A stretch of 14,876 nt of DNA, from NCBI GenBank assembly GCA_016839515.1, contig JAEOUE010000304.1:1-14876 (forward strand), read 5' to 3'. This stretch comes from Candidatus Hodarchaeum mangrovi (GTDB lineage Archaea; Asgardarchaeota; Heimdallarchaeia; Hodarchaeales; Hodarchaeaceae). This document shows, in pieces, positions 13,718 through 14,876 of this stretch (the first letter of the stretch is position 1; each line of letters begins with the position of its first letter). Position numbers and translations under genes: made by a program. A model generated the notes under the pieces. That model had not been told where the DNA came from, ran no database searches, and worked only from the letters and a program-made list of their open reading frames with translations.

Positions 13718-14876
13718 ATTTCGTCAACTAAGGAAATTCCAAGTATTTTAAGGACATTTTCCATTACTATGAGAAAGCATTCAACTATCAAAATTCTGAA
13801 TGCTTTCAGGTCTGGAGATTCAGCATTTAAAACAGGAGACGTTTCATAAAACTTATTAAAAGAGGAGGCTAATTCATTTGCATATTTAGTCATTTGAATG
13901 GGTTGGAAAACAGACGCGGCCTCTTCAACAATAATGGAAAATCTAAGGAGATCTAATATTAATTGTTTCTCTTGGAGAGAGATTTGTTCCTCATTAATTA
14001 TATACTGTTTTTTTACCTTATGCTTTCCCATTTTCTCAAGAATCTTATTAGCACGAACATGAGAATAAACTAGAAAGGGACCAGTATCCCCTTCCAAGGA
14101 AGTTGCATCTTCAATTCGAAATTTAATTTCTGTTTCAGTAGAAAATTTGGCAAGCCAATAGCGAATGGCACCCACTGATAATTTTAAAGTAATTTCACGT
14201 TTTTTAGAATAATCTGACTCTAAATCAGGACGTTTTAAAGAAATCACTTTGTAAGCTTCATCGAATGTGTCTTGGAGTACTGCATCAGCCCAAGCCCTTT
14301 CTTCATACCAGTTTCCAGATCTCCCCGAGAAACGGGCATGGGGAGCATTGACATGCTTATAAGATAAATGAAACGAATTTTCATATTTTTCATTCATATT
14401 CAATAGTTTTAAGGTGTGTCGCACAATTTCCTGAAGAAATTCTTGTTCTACGCCTATTACATTACAAACTCTGTTAGCTTTTCCGAATTCAATAGATAGA
14501 TATTTTGCAACATTTAAATTACTACTACTCCAGAGCTTTTTACCTTCACCACTTTCATTTTTTTGTTGAACGATCCCATTACTAATTAATGAAGCTTTGA
14601 CAATTCCAAACTTCCAAAATTGTAGAGCAACATCATGCGCTACATAAGTTGGAACTCCATTCGATCTTACAAAGATTTTAACAGGGTTTTTTTTATCTTG
14701 AAACTCAGGAAGATCACCTAAATAAGCCACAAAGCAACCTTTATTTTCCCCTTTGGTTTCCCAAGTAAAAGAACTATTTTTTTCTAATAAATGTAATGTT
14801 TCTTCCCATATTCCTGATTTAGATATGTCTGATTCCCAAACAAGATAATCATAAGTAATTCCATATTGCCATGCAG
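13714..14876 (-). CDS. argS: Arginine--tRNA ligase, C-terminal part (5' end outside the window)
   Basis: Frame open to the window edge (AWQYGITYDYLVWESDI...KGCFVAY). RSNGVPTYVAHD, NVIGVEQ, HLSY, FSGRSG, GAIRY, EGDTGPFLVYSHVRA..I, FNKFYE..PVL, DALR anticodon domain and terminal LGI...DEM. Confidence 0.96.
   Translation of the reverse strand, partial: AWQYGITYDYLVWESDISKSGIWEETLHLLEKNSSFTWETKGENKGCFVAYLGDLPEFQDKKNPVKIFVRSNGVPTYVAHDVALQFWKFGIVKASLISNGIVQQKNESGEGKKLWSSSNLNVAKYLSIEFGKANRVCNVIGVEQEFLQEIVRHTLKLLNMNEKYENSFHLSYKHVNAPHARFSGRSGNWYEERAWADAVLQDTFDEAYKVISLKRPDLESDYSKKREITLKLSVGAIRYWLAKFSTETEIKFRIEDATSLEGDTGPFLVYSHVRANKILEKMGKHKVKKQYIINEEQISLQEKQLILDLLRFSIIVEEAASVFQPIQMTKYANELASSFNKFYETSPVLNAESPDLKAFRILIVECFLIVMENVLKILGISLVDEM

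Noticed and set aside
13714-14730. Stand-alone short ArgRS starting at 14730
   Set aside because: The frame is open to the window edge with ArgRS-like sequence. The short ORF is an edge artefact.
1-14876. tRNA/rRNA, CRISPR array, transposase, integrase or defence system
   Set aside because: Intergenic gaps are all under about 230 nt and AT-rich, with no cloverleaf, repeat-spacer pattern or terminal inverted repeats. No ORF carries such motifs.

Overview
AT-rich archaeal chromosomal window, most likely from an Asgard archaeon (Heimdallarchaeia-like; inferred from the G1P dehydrogenase, archaeal RNase HII, ASH-Ski2-type helicase, GGTGA/GGAGG Shine-Dalgarno motifs and a roadblock/LC7 protein). 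I support 13 protein-coding genes. The right half is a minus-strand housekeeping run: argS (partial), a UPF0104 flippase-like protein, egsA, rnhB, PMM/PGM and a 59-aa membrane protein missing from the ORF track. It converges on an ASH-Ski2/Eta-like helicase. The left half is largely uncharacterised: a roadblock protein coupled to a long coiled-coil protein; a 1065-aa membrane-anchored glycoprotein with an (alpha/alpha)6-barrel repeat region, macroglobulin(MG)-like beta domains and a C-terminal KKxx; an LpdD/PAC4-like protein; and a tandem paralogous pair of C4 zinc-finger plus coiled-coil proteins. Two genes (egsA and the LpdD-like gene) appear to need non-canonical start codons (ATT and CTG) placed behind SD motifs, so the ORF track truncates them. 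I saw no rRNA, tRNA, CRISPR array or mobile element. All family calls come from motif recognition by eye, not from database searches.
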